This document shows positions 12,399-25,140 of a DNA stretch of 55,815 nucleotides, piece after piece. Every line of letters begins with the position of its first letter. Positions within the stretch are counted from its first letter, which is position 1. The notes beneath the pieces are model-generated. The model saw only the letters and a program-made list of their open reading frames with translations, did no database searches and was not told the origin of the DNA. The position numbers and the translations under genes were made by a program. Source of the DNA: Trypethelium eluteriae (taxonomy: Eukaryota); the NCBI GenBank assembly GCA_051942245.1, contig JAVECL010000094.1, positions 1 to 55,815 on the forward strand, written 5' to 3'.

Positions 12399-15300
12399 AT
12401 GTCCTCGCCGGCCACTTTTTACGGACCGCCTTCTTCCCCTCCGGCACCTCCTACTGGCTTTGATGATGCAGACGAAGAAGTTATGCCCGAGGGAAGGCCA
12501 ATGCGAGGTATTTGTCGCAGTAATATCTACTTGCACTATTCTGACGTCCTCTTTAGTCAAAGTTCTTTACACATTCGACGATGACAACAAGACCAACTGC
12601 TTGGCACGCTTCCCACACGCGCTCAGCATCCCGACTGTGGCACTCGACAACAACACCCAAATTGGCATCATAGAATTGAGGAAATGCATTGAAGCGATCA
12701 TCAACGCCAGGTACGCGCGCTCATTAGCCTCCCCAATCTTCTCAACTTGGTTCATTCCAGCGTATGTGTTCCACTTACTGACTATACTGGAAACCAGTCC
12801 AGAGCTTGTGGCCAAACTTGGTCAGGACTACACTGTATACGCCTATGACTATTCCGAGTATGAGACACCTTTAGTGGGACAGGGTATGCTTTCTTGGGTC
12901 CTGGCTTCTGCATCGTCGACGCCCGACGCGGCAGCACACCAATCTTCGACCATGATCACGGGACGAGTATGTAAGAACATCATGGGCCTGTTCTCAAATG
13001 GTGTAAAGGAAACACTCGAGGTCAAACTAAGGCTAGTTCCGGTACCGACATGTTTGCAAAGCGAATATCTCGCAAGCCTTCAGAAACATCGCGGGGGGAG
13101 TGAAATGGCGCACGGCAGTCTTGATTCAGGTGTTTGGACGTCAGATGTCGGTCAAGTGGCAGCAGGTCCTGCAGTTACCAGCGACCAACCTTCGCAAGGC
13201 TCTGGCGGCATTGAAGATATACACCATCTTCTCACCCAGGGCTACAATTCGCACAGAAGCCTGGCGCTCCCTCGAGGTGACGATGCCTTGATGTCAGATG
13301 CAGGCTACAGCACTCAGGCAAGTCGAGCTGGAAGTCCGACACCCAGCCAGCAGTCCAATGCAGGATCTCGAGCTCAGACTCGCTACCCGCCACTTCGACC
13401 TTCCTCTCGAGCTTCTTTGTCTAGTAATCGTAGCATTCTTCCACGCAAGGAGAACCTGGCCTATCACGAACAGAGTGAGACCCAAGGACACGATCAGCAA
13501 GACGGACCGGCGAGGAAAAAGGCACGAATCATGAAAGCGGACTGGAAAGGAAAGTCTTCCGCGCTAGGTTCAGCTGATTCGCTGCGTGTTACTGCAAGTA
13601 CGGCCAACTCTATTCGTGTCCATCGACCAGTCCCAGTACGTCCCTCAGGGGATCGCACGCATTCTCTCGAACCACCACCCAGAGTCCCTACCCCGATACC
13701 CGAATCAGGCGCAAGCACTCGCCCACTTTTGCGAACTGCGAGCACCAGTCAACTGAGGCGAGCTTCGACGCTTAGTAGTGATGGCAATTATACCTCACCG
13801 TATGCTCTCGATGAAGCCCGCGAGCAATCACAACCAGCATGGGCATTTTCACCTCAAGATGAGAACCAGAATTCTGTCAATACCAGCCCTTCTGAAATTC
13901 CGTCTTCACCTCCTGAGTTTGCGCCTCCTTCAAGCCCTCCTTTACCATTATATACTCCCAACTTGAACTTCGTGAGTGCGCCAGTTATGCATCGTCCTAG
14001 TGAAGACCACGAAGAGAGGCCGGTTGATGAAGAGGACAGCGCGACTGCGTCGAAGTGGAGAAGGAGACCGAAAACGAAGAGGCCAGATAAAGAGGGCTTC
14101 TGTGAAGTGATTCCTGGTCCTTTAGAACTTTTGCCACAGAGAATGCCTGAAAGACTGCATGAATTGGATAGGCAGCGTCGCTTGCAACAGGAAGAGAATG
14201 CGAAGAAGGCACAGGAGGCTAATCAGTCTGCGGCCATAGGAACACAGAAGCAGAGTCAGGATCATACTACGAACGAAACTCAGCCTATCCCCGACCGTAA
14301 GCTTTCTGCTACGTCATTGACTCTACCGACTTCTCGGCCTGCATCAGAAATTGGACCATCCAGTCATCCTGGCGACCTCAAGAGGACTCTCAGTAGTGTT
14401 ACAGACTCTACGGAGGTTCAGACTAGTGGGGCATCCCCTCAACCGACTGCAGCAGAGGGCATGAATGACAGGAGCTCGTCGAGTGCTGCAGCTAGTCGAC
14501 AAAGAATTGCTAATCGATTGGCTGAAAGCCTTGCGAGAGGACAGACGCCCCCATATTGTCAGCACTGTGGTGAGATCAACACACCAACATGGCGGACGGC
14601 GTTCTGCAAATTCGAAGAAGGCCAAATGCCGGAGGTCACCTATTCCGGCGCGAAAGGGGCTATCTCTGCTCTCCAAAGCCTTGAGCAGGATGAGCATGGA
14701 AGAACAAAACGGTACATGGTCATCAAGAAGTCGATTAATGATAAGGTTGAGACAGGCTTTCGTCCTTTTCAACTTTGTAACCGTAAGTCAGCCAAGGCGA
14801 GTCCATCACATCAGTTAACTAATGTCAGCAGCCTGCGGTCTTTGGCTCAACAAATTAAAAGGCATGAGGCCTCAAAAGGTCTGGCATAAAAGTTCTACCG
14901 ATCGCCGACGTCGAGAATTCTTGAAGAAAATGCAACAAGCTGGATGCACGGAGCCTCAATCAGACTTTGGTCCTACAATGGCATCCATGCTCGACACCGA
15001 TCGGGTTTCACCAGAGGACACTACCAACCTGCAGCAGAATTTCGATGAACCGCCAAGCCGAGAAGGCCCAACCGAGAAGCGACCAGACTCAGACGCAGTC
15101 CCATTCAAAGAGGAAGTCAACGTAGGCAACACCAGAATGGACGAGACTTTCGCGGCGGCTGCACTGAAGAGAGCAATTCAATCCAGTCCCGCACGCTTGA
15201 TAGGCTCACAGCAAAGCCCCATAGAACTTGGGGATGACCTTACGCCTAAACCAACAAGACGATTACTTTTTCCATCACCCCGCCGAGAAGGCGAAATAAA

Positions 15301-16150
15301 GACGCTTGACGACACCCGCTCGTCTCCTATCAACCACTCCTCCAATCATACTAAAACAAACAGTAATCCGTCATTTGTCGTTGATGACGCGCAGAACGAC
15401 AAGGAGAACTGTCCACCTCCTTTAGACGCCGAGGACGATCTCAACAACATCTTTCAAGATATAACTTTCCCCTTGGCAAAGACGCCAGAGAAGAAGACTC
15501 GATCGCCCATGAGCACAAATACCTTCAAAACGCCCACTCCAGCCTCTCGCCGCAAGCTCCCTCTATCACCAAGTAACCTTCTCTCCTCTGCCACCCGCGC
15601 TCTCCGCTCGACTCCATCGTCCGCCCGTGCCTCAGCCTCAAAACTCCTTCAAACGCTCCTCTCTCCCAGCCAGTCTAGAGAACATCAACAGCTCACCCCC
15701 TTCACCGCGCAGCTTAACCAGCTGCTGTCGGAGTCGCTGTCCTCGCCGTCGGCGCACAGCTTTCAGAACTTCGAATTTGAAGCGCTGCCTTCACTTGGTT
15801 TTACCGAGGACGATATTGCGCACTTTGGCCACAACATGGGTGGCGGTGGGTTCGATGCGGATTTCTTCAGCACAGATGCCTTGGTGCCGCCGAGCAGTCC
15901 GCCCCCAGCAGCGATGGTGAATACGTTTGGAGTATATGAGGATCCACTGGAGGATAATGAAGTGCTGGGGATCGAGGCTGCTGGAGAGCAGTCGTGGGAT
16001 GCGGAGAGCTTGTTCGGGAAGAGTCCCGGCGCTGGACTGAAAGAGCTTGCAGGGGCAGATGAAGAGGTTGTGGACGGTCCTAAGGCGTTGAATGTGGTTG
16101 ATGGTGCGGGCCAGGATGGTAAGAGTGTAGCGCCTGCTGTAGAGGCTTGA
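12399..16150 (+). CDS. ams2: Ams2/Spt21-type GATA zinc-finger transcription factor
   Basis: N-terminal Ams2/SPT21 domain (KVLYTFDDDNKTNCLAR, DYTVYAYDYSEYETPLVGQG, TGRVCKN, ETLEVKLRL). Split GATA finger CQHCGEINTPTWR...LCNPCGLWL. Introns 12508-12556, 12711-12797, 14783-14831. Confidence 0.88.
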
Positions 16151-16629
16151 CACTGTCGATTGTGCATCGACAAACGATTGTGTAATAGGTCTATGACTTT
16201 CTTACCAATGTGAGTAGTGAGATGCCAAAGCTCAAGTAGGACAGCAGTGGATGAAAAAGGCTACTCGATTATTAGAGTACGCTGATGGTCAATATCATAT
16301 ATTACATTTCAGATATACACCGCAAAGAGCGAGACGACTACTTTGGGACAATAAGTCGCCATATTACCTTCCGATCTCAAGCAATGGCACGATAGTAATC
16401 TTCACTCTCATCTGCGTGATTTTCCCTCGCCCTCAAAGAAATCCTATATCGTCGCAAGGAACTACACCGACACGGCAAGTAAAGCGATGATACCAATTCC
16501 ATCACCTGACAGGTCATTCTTTCGACACATGAGTCTTCATGGTATCACCGACAGTTTGCTCATACGCGTACTTCCCTCCCAAAAACGCCTTTCCTCCTAT
16601 CCCACCAAAGAACGCAGAATGGGAAACCA

Positions 16630-18747
16630 TCATACAAGCTCATATTTCGCCAACGCTGCCCATCCCATCCCCACTGTGCCTTGTCTTCTGCGAAATTCCT
16701 CAACTGTCACCCCTCTCCCATCCTTCCCATCCCAGCTCGTCACCGCAAAAACCTCCGCACTCTCCCCCGGCTTCCCCAACTGCCTCGTCGGCACATCAGC
16801 CCACCAATCCAGTCCATTAGTCTCAAACGCCACAAAATCGCGCATTGCCCCTCCCATCCCCGGCGCCTTCAGCACAAACACATAAGGCCGACCCTTCCCA
16901 TTTCGCTCGTACGTCCAATGCGCACACACCTTGCCAAACCGGAACCGCGTAACATCCCCCTCCGGCGCCCGCTGGACATTGATCCTCCCCCTCGTCGGCT
17001 CAAAGCTCGCCCTCCGTATCCCCTCCGGCTCGAGATATCCATCAAACATCTGAGGGCCCTTGTTCTCGCCCGCATCCGCCAGGATATACTCCTCCCAGGG
17101 GACCTCCCTCCCATCCGCACGATACTGGCGTCCGCGATCAGCAGGGAGATGCGACCGGCCAAACTCATCGTTATCCATCGTAAACTGCGCCGAGTTGAAC
17201 AGCGGCTCGTACGGCTGCCCAGCGCCGCTCACAACGCCGGCGCCCCAGCAGCAGTCAATCAGCTTCCAGCCACCCGGGACGCCGCTGTCGGGGAGGTACA
17301 CGGCGTTCCAGGCATGGCCAGACGAGAAGGGCGGCACCGGCGCGCCCGGCGCAAGCGGGCTGTGCCCATACCCTTTACCATGGCCACCGATGACGAGCGA
17401 CTCTAGCCCCGCGTGGGTCGCGAGCGCAGTGAAGAGGCCTGCGTAGCCCTCGCAGACGGCGAGCCCGGACTGCAGCGTCGAGGCGGGGGTCGACGGCTGG
17501 ACGGAGTTGGAGAAGAAGGCGTCGACGTTGTAGGCGATGTTGTGGTGGAGCCAGGTGAAGATGGTGCGGGCTTGGTCGGTGGGCGAGGAAGCGAAGGGCG
17601 CGGTGAGTTGGTGCGCGAGGGTTGAGAGAGAGACGTTGGGGAGGGAGGCGCGCGGGAAGCGGGCGGCGTGCGTGTCGGCGGCGGTGAAGTCGCGGCATTT
17701 GAGGCAGACGCCCGGGATGGGGCCCGTGAGGGGTTTGGGTTTGGAGGCTTGGAGTGCTGCGAGGTCGGGTCGGGATGATAAGGGGATCGGTGGTGGACTC
17801 GAGATCCCATTGGCGTTCGCGTTTGTTGATCTCTCCGCTGGCAATGGGGGTGGGCTTTCGGTGTTCATGCCGAACGAAAGCGCGGATCGTTTGGGAAGGG
17901 GAACCGGTTGAGGAGCGCCCTCTCCATCACGAGAATCCTGTCGAGTGGGAAGTGGTGGCGGCAAGTCACGACGCAGACCATTTGCAGTCGACTTTGCCGC
18001 TGCAACAATATTTGGAGAGGACTTGGTAGACTTTAATGGCGTTCGCCCTGGAGGCTTCTGATCTCCCTTCTCCTTTGGTGGTAGTGAGGGCAATGTGGTA
18101 GGATCGTATATGGGGGCCTTGACTCGATTCGAGGCTGCCTCGCATGTCTGGGGGCCAGAGGTTCTGCTGGTCCTGTTGGATATGCCCGAAATAGATGAAA
18201 TGCCAGATACTGTTGACGACACTGACTCGGATGAATCTCGTCTATTGATTTGTTCGGACGGCCTTCGAGGAGGCAGACTCGGTGATGGGCCTGTATTTGT
18301 CCGGGGAGGAAGGCTTGGGGAGATACCGGTGTTTGTTCGAGGTGGCAAAGCTGGCGATGGTCCAGTGTTCGTTCGAGATGGTAGAATTGGGGTCTGCTCA
18401 GAGGATTTCCGAGCAGGTCGCGAAGGCAAGCTTGGAGTTTTCGATTTGATGGATGGATCAGCCCGCAAATCTCCCATTTGAGGCGCAGGAAGTACTGCAG
18501 GCTGGTTGCCAATGGAGTTCGAGCTTGCTGGAGCATTGCTCTGTAGAGGAGGGTTGTTAGTGGATGCTCGTCGTGGATCGGCAGCAGGTCTCTTCGTTGG
18601 TGGAGGTGGTGGAGGTGCTCGCGCTTTCTTTGCCGTGATCGATTGCTCATAAGTAGGAGGAGGAGATTCTGGTGGGCCGATGACTTGATTAAGCTTTAGA
18701 GCAGCAATTCGCGCCTGAATGGACGTAGGTTGCGTTTCCTCTGCCAT
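16630..18747 (-). CDS. Transglutaminase-like (KY/Cyk3 family) protein with proline-rich N-terminus
   Basis: ARTIFTWLHHNIAY, AVCEGYAGLF, GHGKG, GHAWNAV, LIDCCWGAG. The N-terminal half is PxxP-rich. Intronless ORF. Confidence 0.85.
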   Translation of the reverse strand: MAEETQPTSIQARIAALKLNQVIGPPESPPPTYEQSITAKKARAPPPPPPTKRPAADPRRASTNNPPLQSNAPASSNSIGNQPAVLPAPQMGDLRADPSIKSKTPSLPSRPARKSSEQTPILPSRTNTGPSPALPPRTNTGISPSLPPRTNTGPSPSLPPRRPSEQINRRDSSESVSSTVSGISSISGISNRTSRTSGPQTCEAASNRVKAPIYDPTTLPSLPPKEKGDQKPPGRTPLKSTKSSPNIVAAAKSTANGLRRDLPPPLPTRQDSRDGEGAPQPVPLPKRSALSFGMNTESPPPLPAERSTNANANGISSPPPIPLSSRPDLAALQASKPKPLTGPIPGVCLKCRDFTAADTHAARFPRASLPNVSLSTLAHQLTAPFASSPTDQARTIFTWLHHNIAYNVDAFFSNSVQPSTPASTLQSGLAVCEGYAGLFTALATHAGLESLVIGGHGKGYGHSPLAPGAPVPPFSSGHAWNAVYLPDSGVPGGWKLIDCCWGAGVVSGAGQPYEPLFNSAQFTMDNDEFGRSHLPADRGRQYRADGREVPWEEYILADAGENKGPQMFDGYLEPEGIRRASFEPTRGRINVQRAPEGDVTRFRFGKVCAHWTYERNGKGRPYVFVLKAPGMGGAMRDFVAFETNGLDWWADVPTRQLGKPGESAEVFAVTSWDGKDGRGVTVEEFRRRQGTVGMGWAALAKYELV
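18265..18385 (-). repeat. 36-nt coding tandem repeat (LPPRTNTGPSP-like, about 3.5 copies)
   Basis: Translation LPSRTNTGPSPALPPRTNTGISPSLPPRTNTGPSPSLPPRR. Confidence 0.8.
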
Positions 18748-19982
18748 TCTGCACAATTGGTCTGAAGACGAAGAATGCAGATGTTCTTCTAAAGCGCCGC
18801 GGCAAAATCAGGATCAATAGTAGATTGCAACGAGGTTGAAGACAGACGTCATCTCTTCCTGGACCGTGGTTGTGGATAGGGAGGATGAAGGCTGTGAAGG
18901 CTGCGAAGGCTGAGCCTTGAGCCTTTGGTAGATTCAGCCACTTATAATGCCAAAACTAGCCTGAAGAGGGCTCTACTGTCTTGCAATTTCAATCGTATTC
19001 ACTTCACGTCTTGAATATTTCATCAATGTTTCTTGGTCTGCAATTCCTCCATCACCGTGCCCCACTAGATTGTGTGCGGGAAGCTCGTCCAGGGGTTCAA
19101 TACTAAAAATAGAATTATGGGGTCAGGTACTCATCTCATCTAGGGACTAGAAGGCATGCTAACACCCTAAGGTACTTTTCGTCCCTTTGTCTGTGTGGAT
19201 TGTCAATTTCGTAAGTAACATCGTAGAGTTTACAGACAAAATGGCATTCGGGCATCCTCAAACATGTTTAGCATGCCAAAGTGGGTAATGGTTGCGTTGT
19301 TCTGGGCTTGCTAGCTTGAAGCGATTGCGTTTGAAGTTATCAATGGAGAGTCATGTGAAATTGAAGATCTGGCAATTGACTACGACCGAGATCCATATAG
19401 AAACAAAGGCTTTTTCCACAATGTCCACTCATAGCTACACAGCATAGCTTCATCAAATATTCTTAAGCGCAGCATACCGCAAAGATTCGCTTCATTTTAC
19501 TTTTGTTTCACATGCATCGAAATACGACTAGTAGATGAGAGACGAGCTTCTCTCCTACACATCGCCGTATCCAATAGCAATTACAGCTAGAAAAGGAAGA
19601 CAATTGCAACACGAATGCCCATTGAGGGGACGCCGCCCGCGAACCAACAGATAGTGCGACTTATAACAGAGGAAAAACCATAGAAAAGGTAGTAGGAAAT
19701 TGCTGATCATGATGTCGTGTTGTGTGTGAGATTCTTCCAGCGGTCCGCCTTTCAAACACCCTGCAGGGAACCCCCCTTGGTTACTCCATCCGAATGACAC
19801 AAGAAAGTAAAACAGTCCGATTGAACGCCATTTCGCCAAGCTTCACTTCCCAGGTACAATCTGTAATTCCACTTGCGTCATGGAGGAAGCATCATTCGGT
19901 CTTCCAGTTGACATTGCCAACTCCCCATCAGTGCACTTCTACCTGTGCTCAACTCCATTCGGATGGCGGGGGAACGTCCCAT

Positions 19983-22090
19983 CTATTTCTTTCTCTTCTT
20001 GTTGACTGGCATAGTTGGAGCTGCCATCAGGCCTGGAGTTTGCATGATCGTTGACGAGGCTTCCATCTCGCTCGCACCCCGCTTGGCGATGACAGGCACA
20101 CCCATATGGCGTCCATAACGTCCCTTGCGGCCGTTGCCCTCATCTTCACTGACGCAGCCTTCGATGCCAATACCAGCATCCTTGCATCGCTGACACGGAC
20201 GCTGCCGATCGCATCCTTTCTTGCTCTTTCGGCAACGTTGGCAACGTGGTTTTGTGCTGAGATCCTCCTCCTCTTCACCAGCGTTGAGGGTATGGGACTG
20301 GAAGGTAAGGGTTGTGGAGGCGTTGGAGGTCTTGCGTGAAGGTGGTGGAAGGGATGAGGGTGAGATGGGTGCTTTTGCAGCCGATACCGACGGGAGCCGT
20401 GGTCGTCCCTTGTGAGAAGATGCAGATGCTTGTCGCTGCTTTTGTGGCTTGATGTTTTTGGACATGGAGGGAATCCGGCTCTTGGTATGCACTCCACCCG
20501 CCTTCGGCTTTGAAATCTTCTTCTGGGCGTGTGGATTCGAACTTCCTTCGGGTAAGATGCCGTCGCTGCCTTTGAAAGAGTCATCACGGCCATCCTCATA
20601 CTCTTCGCCACTAGATGCGGATACGTCGGAAAAGTTTCCCATGGATGCAGGATATTGGTATGAATTAGGTGGTAGGTCGTGCTCGCCGTCGCTACCCCCA
20701 TCACTTTCCTCATCAGAAGATGCGAGTTCAGCCTTACCACTCAAGGCATCGTCGACGGTAGAAGTTGAGGTACGACCGTGGGAGACATTTGATGGATCCC
20801 CCAATCGCATCAGCTGGAGTGCCACATCTTCGTCAGAGATCGCACTGCCAATTGTTGGGTCAGGCGTTGGCAGGATGCCACCGACTGATTGCCGCGCTGG
20901 TGGATATGGAACTGTGCCCCGGGTGCGAAGCTGATGTCCATGTTGAACGCTGCTGGAACTCGGATGCGGTGTTACCGACGAAACCACGCCGGCATAACCA
21001 TTGTCTCCTTGTCCGTGGCTTTGTGGTGATGGCAGAGGCTGAATATATGAAAAGGTCTGCTGGTTCGAGAAGAAGGATGGAGAGGCCCCGTTGTGACTAC
21101 CAATACGTCGTTGGGGAGACGCCGAGGAGATCGAACCGGTCATCGGTGCTTGAGGTGGGACGAATAGAGGAAGCTCCTAGAAAGGGGAAGTTAGGATGGA
21201 ATAGCATCGGAGGACAATTGCGAGCAACGTACTGAACTCTCGAACTTTGCTCGTTGGCGCCGACCTCCCTCGACAATATTGTTCACACTGATTTCAGCGC
21301 TCGCGAGTTGATCGCTTTTGCCCCTGCGAGAACTTGTCACAGATTCATTACTACCGTCGAGACTGTCTTCATCGTTCATGCCTTCGACGAAGCTACCCGG
21401 ATTGCGTTGCTTTCGTGGCCTCCCTTTGCCCGTAGACAAAGCAGATGCACTATACCGACTATGTGCGGACTGAGGTGAAATGCTACGCCCACGCGCTGCT
21501 CGAGAAGCCGACCGTGTAGGTGACATTGCAGTATTCAGCTGTGGAGGTCGCATCTCGAAGGGAGCATCAAGTCTGGGCTTGATTGGCGAAGGCGCATCCT
21601 GAACATATTGACCCGAGACAGGAGACTGAGCTGCAGGAAAGTTGACAGCGCGGACGTAAACCGTCATATCCGCGGTGAAGTTTTCATAGCGAGCGATGAG
21701 GGTATTGCCCTTTTCGTCCTCGAAGCTGACGCCTTGTAGCAGAGCGTAGAAGTTCTTGACTGTTGTAATAATGGATTCAGTCGCATCGTGAGGGAAGATT
21801 GAGACACGCATGGGTAGTCTGTGCAGTTGCTGCGGCGCTTCTGGAAGGATGAGCTTGAAGCTGACATTTTTGGGCGGCAGCCCAGCTGCTGATGACATCT
21901 TGTGGGGAGTAGTTTGTCCACCAGAATCGATACTTGGAAATTGCCGAGCAAATCCGTTCAGCTCTTGTTGTTGTTCTTGACTACGCTCGATCGAGGCCGT
22001 TGTGTTTCTTGTTGGGTATTGATGCGATCCGACCTGCCCTTGAGGTCGGTACCGTGACGAGTCACTCGTCAACAGATTGGAAAGGTCCAT
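19983..22090 (-). CDS. Zn(II)2Cys6 protein with C-terminal binuclear cluster
   Basis: CQRCRKSKKGCDRQRPCQRCKDAGIGIEGC near the C-terminus. Conserved blocks RLPMRVSIFPHDATESIITTVKNFY, ISVNNIVEGGRR and DEDVALQLMRLG. Intron 21232-21177. Start codon tentative. Confidence 0.85.
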
Positions 22091-24239
22091 GGGTGAAAGA
22101 CTGTAAGGTATTGAGACAGTACCGAAGCCTGTCAATCACTGCTTGACCATAGAGATACGATATGTCCGTCGTCAGTAGGTACAGGTACGATGGAAGTCCT
22201 TCGCAACGATTCAGATTATGCGACAGGATCGACGGTCGAGTGTCTACCACACAAGAACGTTAGCTTGCTTCTTGAGCATCCATATTGAAATCGAGTAACA
22301 CAATGATTGTTATGAGGATCCCACATTGAGTAGGGTGTTTCGCAAGCCAGCAGCACACGTTGGTCAAGCCGGAGGGCGTAGGGCAAGCCACGCTCGTCGA
22401 AGCCAAGTGTTTGGCAACAGGGACAGAACCCGTCTTGCAAACTCATGGAGTAGGGTCGCAAGTTGCTATATGCTTGATAGACATACCTGTAGAGTTAAGG
22501 AGACTCGTAAAGAGCCCCTTGAGCAGGGCCAACAAGCCGCCAGCAAGAGTGTCGATGAGGGCTAGACAGCATTCAAAGACAAGCGCTTTCGAGGGCAGCG
22601 AGACAGAAGGAACATTCAATGGCTGGGAGATGCTCGAAACGAGAATTGCAGGAGAGCAGAGAGAAGAGGCATCTGTCTAGGTTTGTCACTGGTGCAGCAG
22701 TGGGCTGGGGCAGCATGCAGGATGGAGTGAGGAGTGAAGAGGCCGCGGATTGGACTGGCTGACGACCATAGGATAAGTTGTGCCGCGAATGCGATGCAGC
22801 TCACATGTGCATAACCTCACAAAACGTTACTACAGCAAGATCGGGACTCCATTCCATGCACCAAGCGGTAACAGGTCAGGCCCGGCACTACAATCGCTGC
22901 AAAAGCACCAGGGCGGGCACGCAATCCCCATCCGAACCTTCCCTTGCGCCTGAACTCGGTGGCTACCTGAGGCACTACTATTTCTCGAAAAATTGCAGAA
23001 GCCCTCTCTGGACGGCGGCTCAACTCAGAGGCGCCTCTGCCTCTTTCTTGAGCCGGCGAGCCCGCCAGCACATCAGATGCTAATTTCGAAAAGCGAAACA
23101 GCGCATGGGACCAGAGCACGCCAAGTTCCAAGACGACTTTGGGGGGAAGGCTACCCGAGCGCATACATCCAGCCAATTGCATCCATCTCGAGCAAAGTTG
23201 ATCGCTACATGCCTTACAGGGGCCTCTCCAATATCGCGCGGCCTTCAACAATCTTCAAATGAAGACCCAATCGCCTGTTCTCGTTCACCCTCTCCAGATA
23301 CCGGTTTGAGACGCATATCTTTGGCTACTAATACCAACCCACGGACTCGACCGTTTGCCCGGCCTCAACTGTCAGCCGATCATTCAACAAACATCTGCAA
23401 ACTTGCGCGCATCGCGAGATAGGCGCTGCGGTTCAGAGTTATAAATTTTCTAGTCTGCCAGGGTTAATCACAGGTTAAGTGGAGGAGGACTTGCATTGGT
23501 AATGCGCTTTTGGCGGGTCAGCGTGCCCACCTTTAACATAAGCTTGCAGCGGTAGTGGCAATATTGATAGCGAGTGCAGCGGCTTAGCTCTAGGGTTGAA
23601 AGATATCCGTGATTGTGACGTCGGAGGTGTGGCTCGCATGTGAGGGTTCACATCTTAGCGCAATCTACTTCTCCGGTTCAAAAAAGGTGGAGATCCTATC
23701 GAGGCGCCAACTCAATCTTGAAAGTTTGCAGGCAGACTCGACAGATACAATGGACGTGAGACACTTGAGCGCCCTCAAACCCTCATTCCTGAAGAGTTGT
23801 AGATCATTTCGCCAAGTAGCACCCAGAATATCCTAGCCGCCCCGCCGCTCCGAAGCGGAGAAAGGCTGCGGCAGCACGATTGGGGTGGAAGGAGCGCAGC
23901 TGATACTCTAGTGAGGACCGCCAACAATAAGGACGCCAGTTGCATAAGGTAATTTAGGGCTCGAAGAGTCTGTGAGACGGGCGTGTGGGGTTCAAGTTCA
24001 GGCCCAGCACAACAGCGGCACAAAGGCATATCTGTCTCGGAGTCTACCGGTCTCGCGGGCTAGTTGCAAAGGCGGCGGCGGAGCCACATGCAGCTGGAGA
24101 GAATAGGCCCGAAAATCGTCTCAAAGGATCTCTCAGCGGCCATAGTGAGTAGCCAAGCACATTATTTCGTAGGTCAGAGATGCTTTGTATCACTTCTTGG
24201 AAGATTTGAAGGTTGAGATGATATCGGAGGTTTGAGGAA

Positions 24240-25070
24240 TTGGATCACGTGAGTTCGCGGCTTCGCGCGATTTTCCCCAATAACAATGACCTCCAAACGC
24301 TAGTATTGTGCGATATTGCACAACGACATTTAATATTGTCGCAATAATGTAAGCACAAATTCTCGAGACTTGAATATCATATATTGTAATTTCTGTGCTT
24401 GTGAGGGCGTTGGTTGAAGGAATGCACAACTCTTGTTTAATTGTCGTAATGCGGAGCAGACGTGGACGCGTAACGATGAGTGACGCAATCCACGAGGGTC
24501 GCATCCGGCGTAACCAGGGGAAGCTCGGCGAAGCTACTACGAAAATGCCGACCAATAAGTCCTCAGTACTCCGTACTCAAAATAGCAGAATAATCGATAA
24601 CTCCTGGGCACTTGAGAGTTAGTATAGCTACTGCATCGATCTTGCCGAATAGTTAAGCATGCTTGATTTACGCATTTCAATTTTGGTAGAGTCCAGAGAG
24701 GCAAGACATAGACGTAGCACGGTAACTCCGCACTTGACACGTTTGATTCGCCCGCATCTGCTGCAGACCCTTGTCGTTTTGACACTGCCTAATCCGGTTG
24801 TCGTGGTAAACACCACTCACGACTAAAAAAGTTGGGCACACTTCTGGCCACAACAAACTCCCGGACATCGGTTTACCCAGCAAGCTTAGCTGCCATCCCA
24901 TTATTGCCTCTTCGTCCGTCCTTCGCTCGACGGACTTGAGCTGCTCGCCGCTGGGAATTGCCTCTGGGTCGATCACCGATCATTGTCTTGAAAAGGGGCT
25001 GCCAAGGGAAATCCATCTTGTCCGCCATACCGTTGAGCAGAGTCAATCCGAGTATCGTTGTGACGCGTCA
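24240..25070. promoter_or_regulatory. Cell-cycle-type cis-element region upstream of the B cyclin
   Basis: CACGTG at 24246, TTCGCGG and TTCGCGCGA at ~24254-24270, forkhead-like TTGTTTA at ~24433, ACGCGT at 24466 and 25063. Confidence 0.45.
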
Positions 25071-25140
25071 GATATTCAATTGATTGCACGTTGAGCTTTA
25101 CTGTTGGACATTAAGGCCTCGTGCCTTTTGATCACTGAGA

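Noticed and set aside
22500..24200. Many 60-140 aa ORFs in the long divergent intergenic region
   Set aside because: No codon bias, splice-supported model or recognisable domain.
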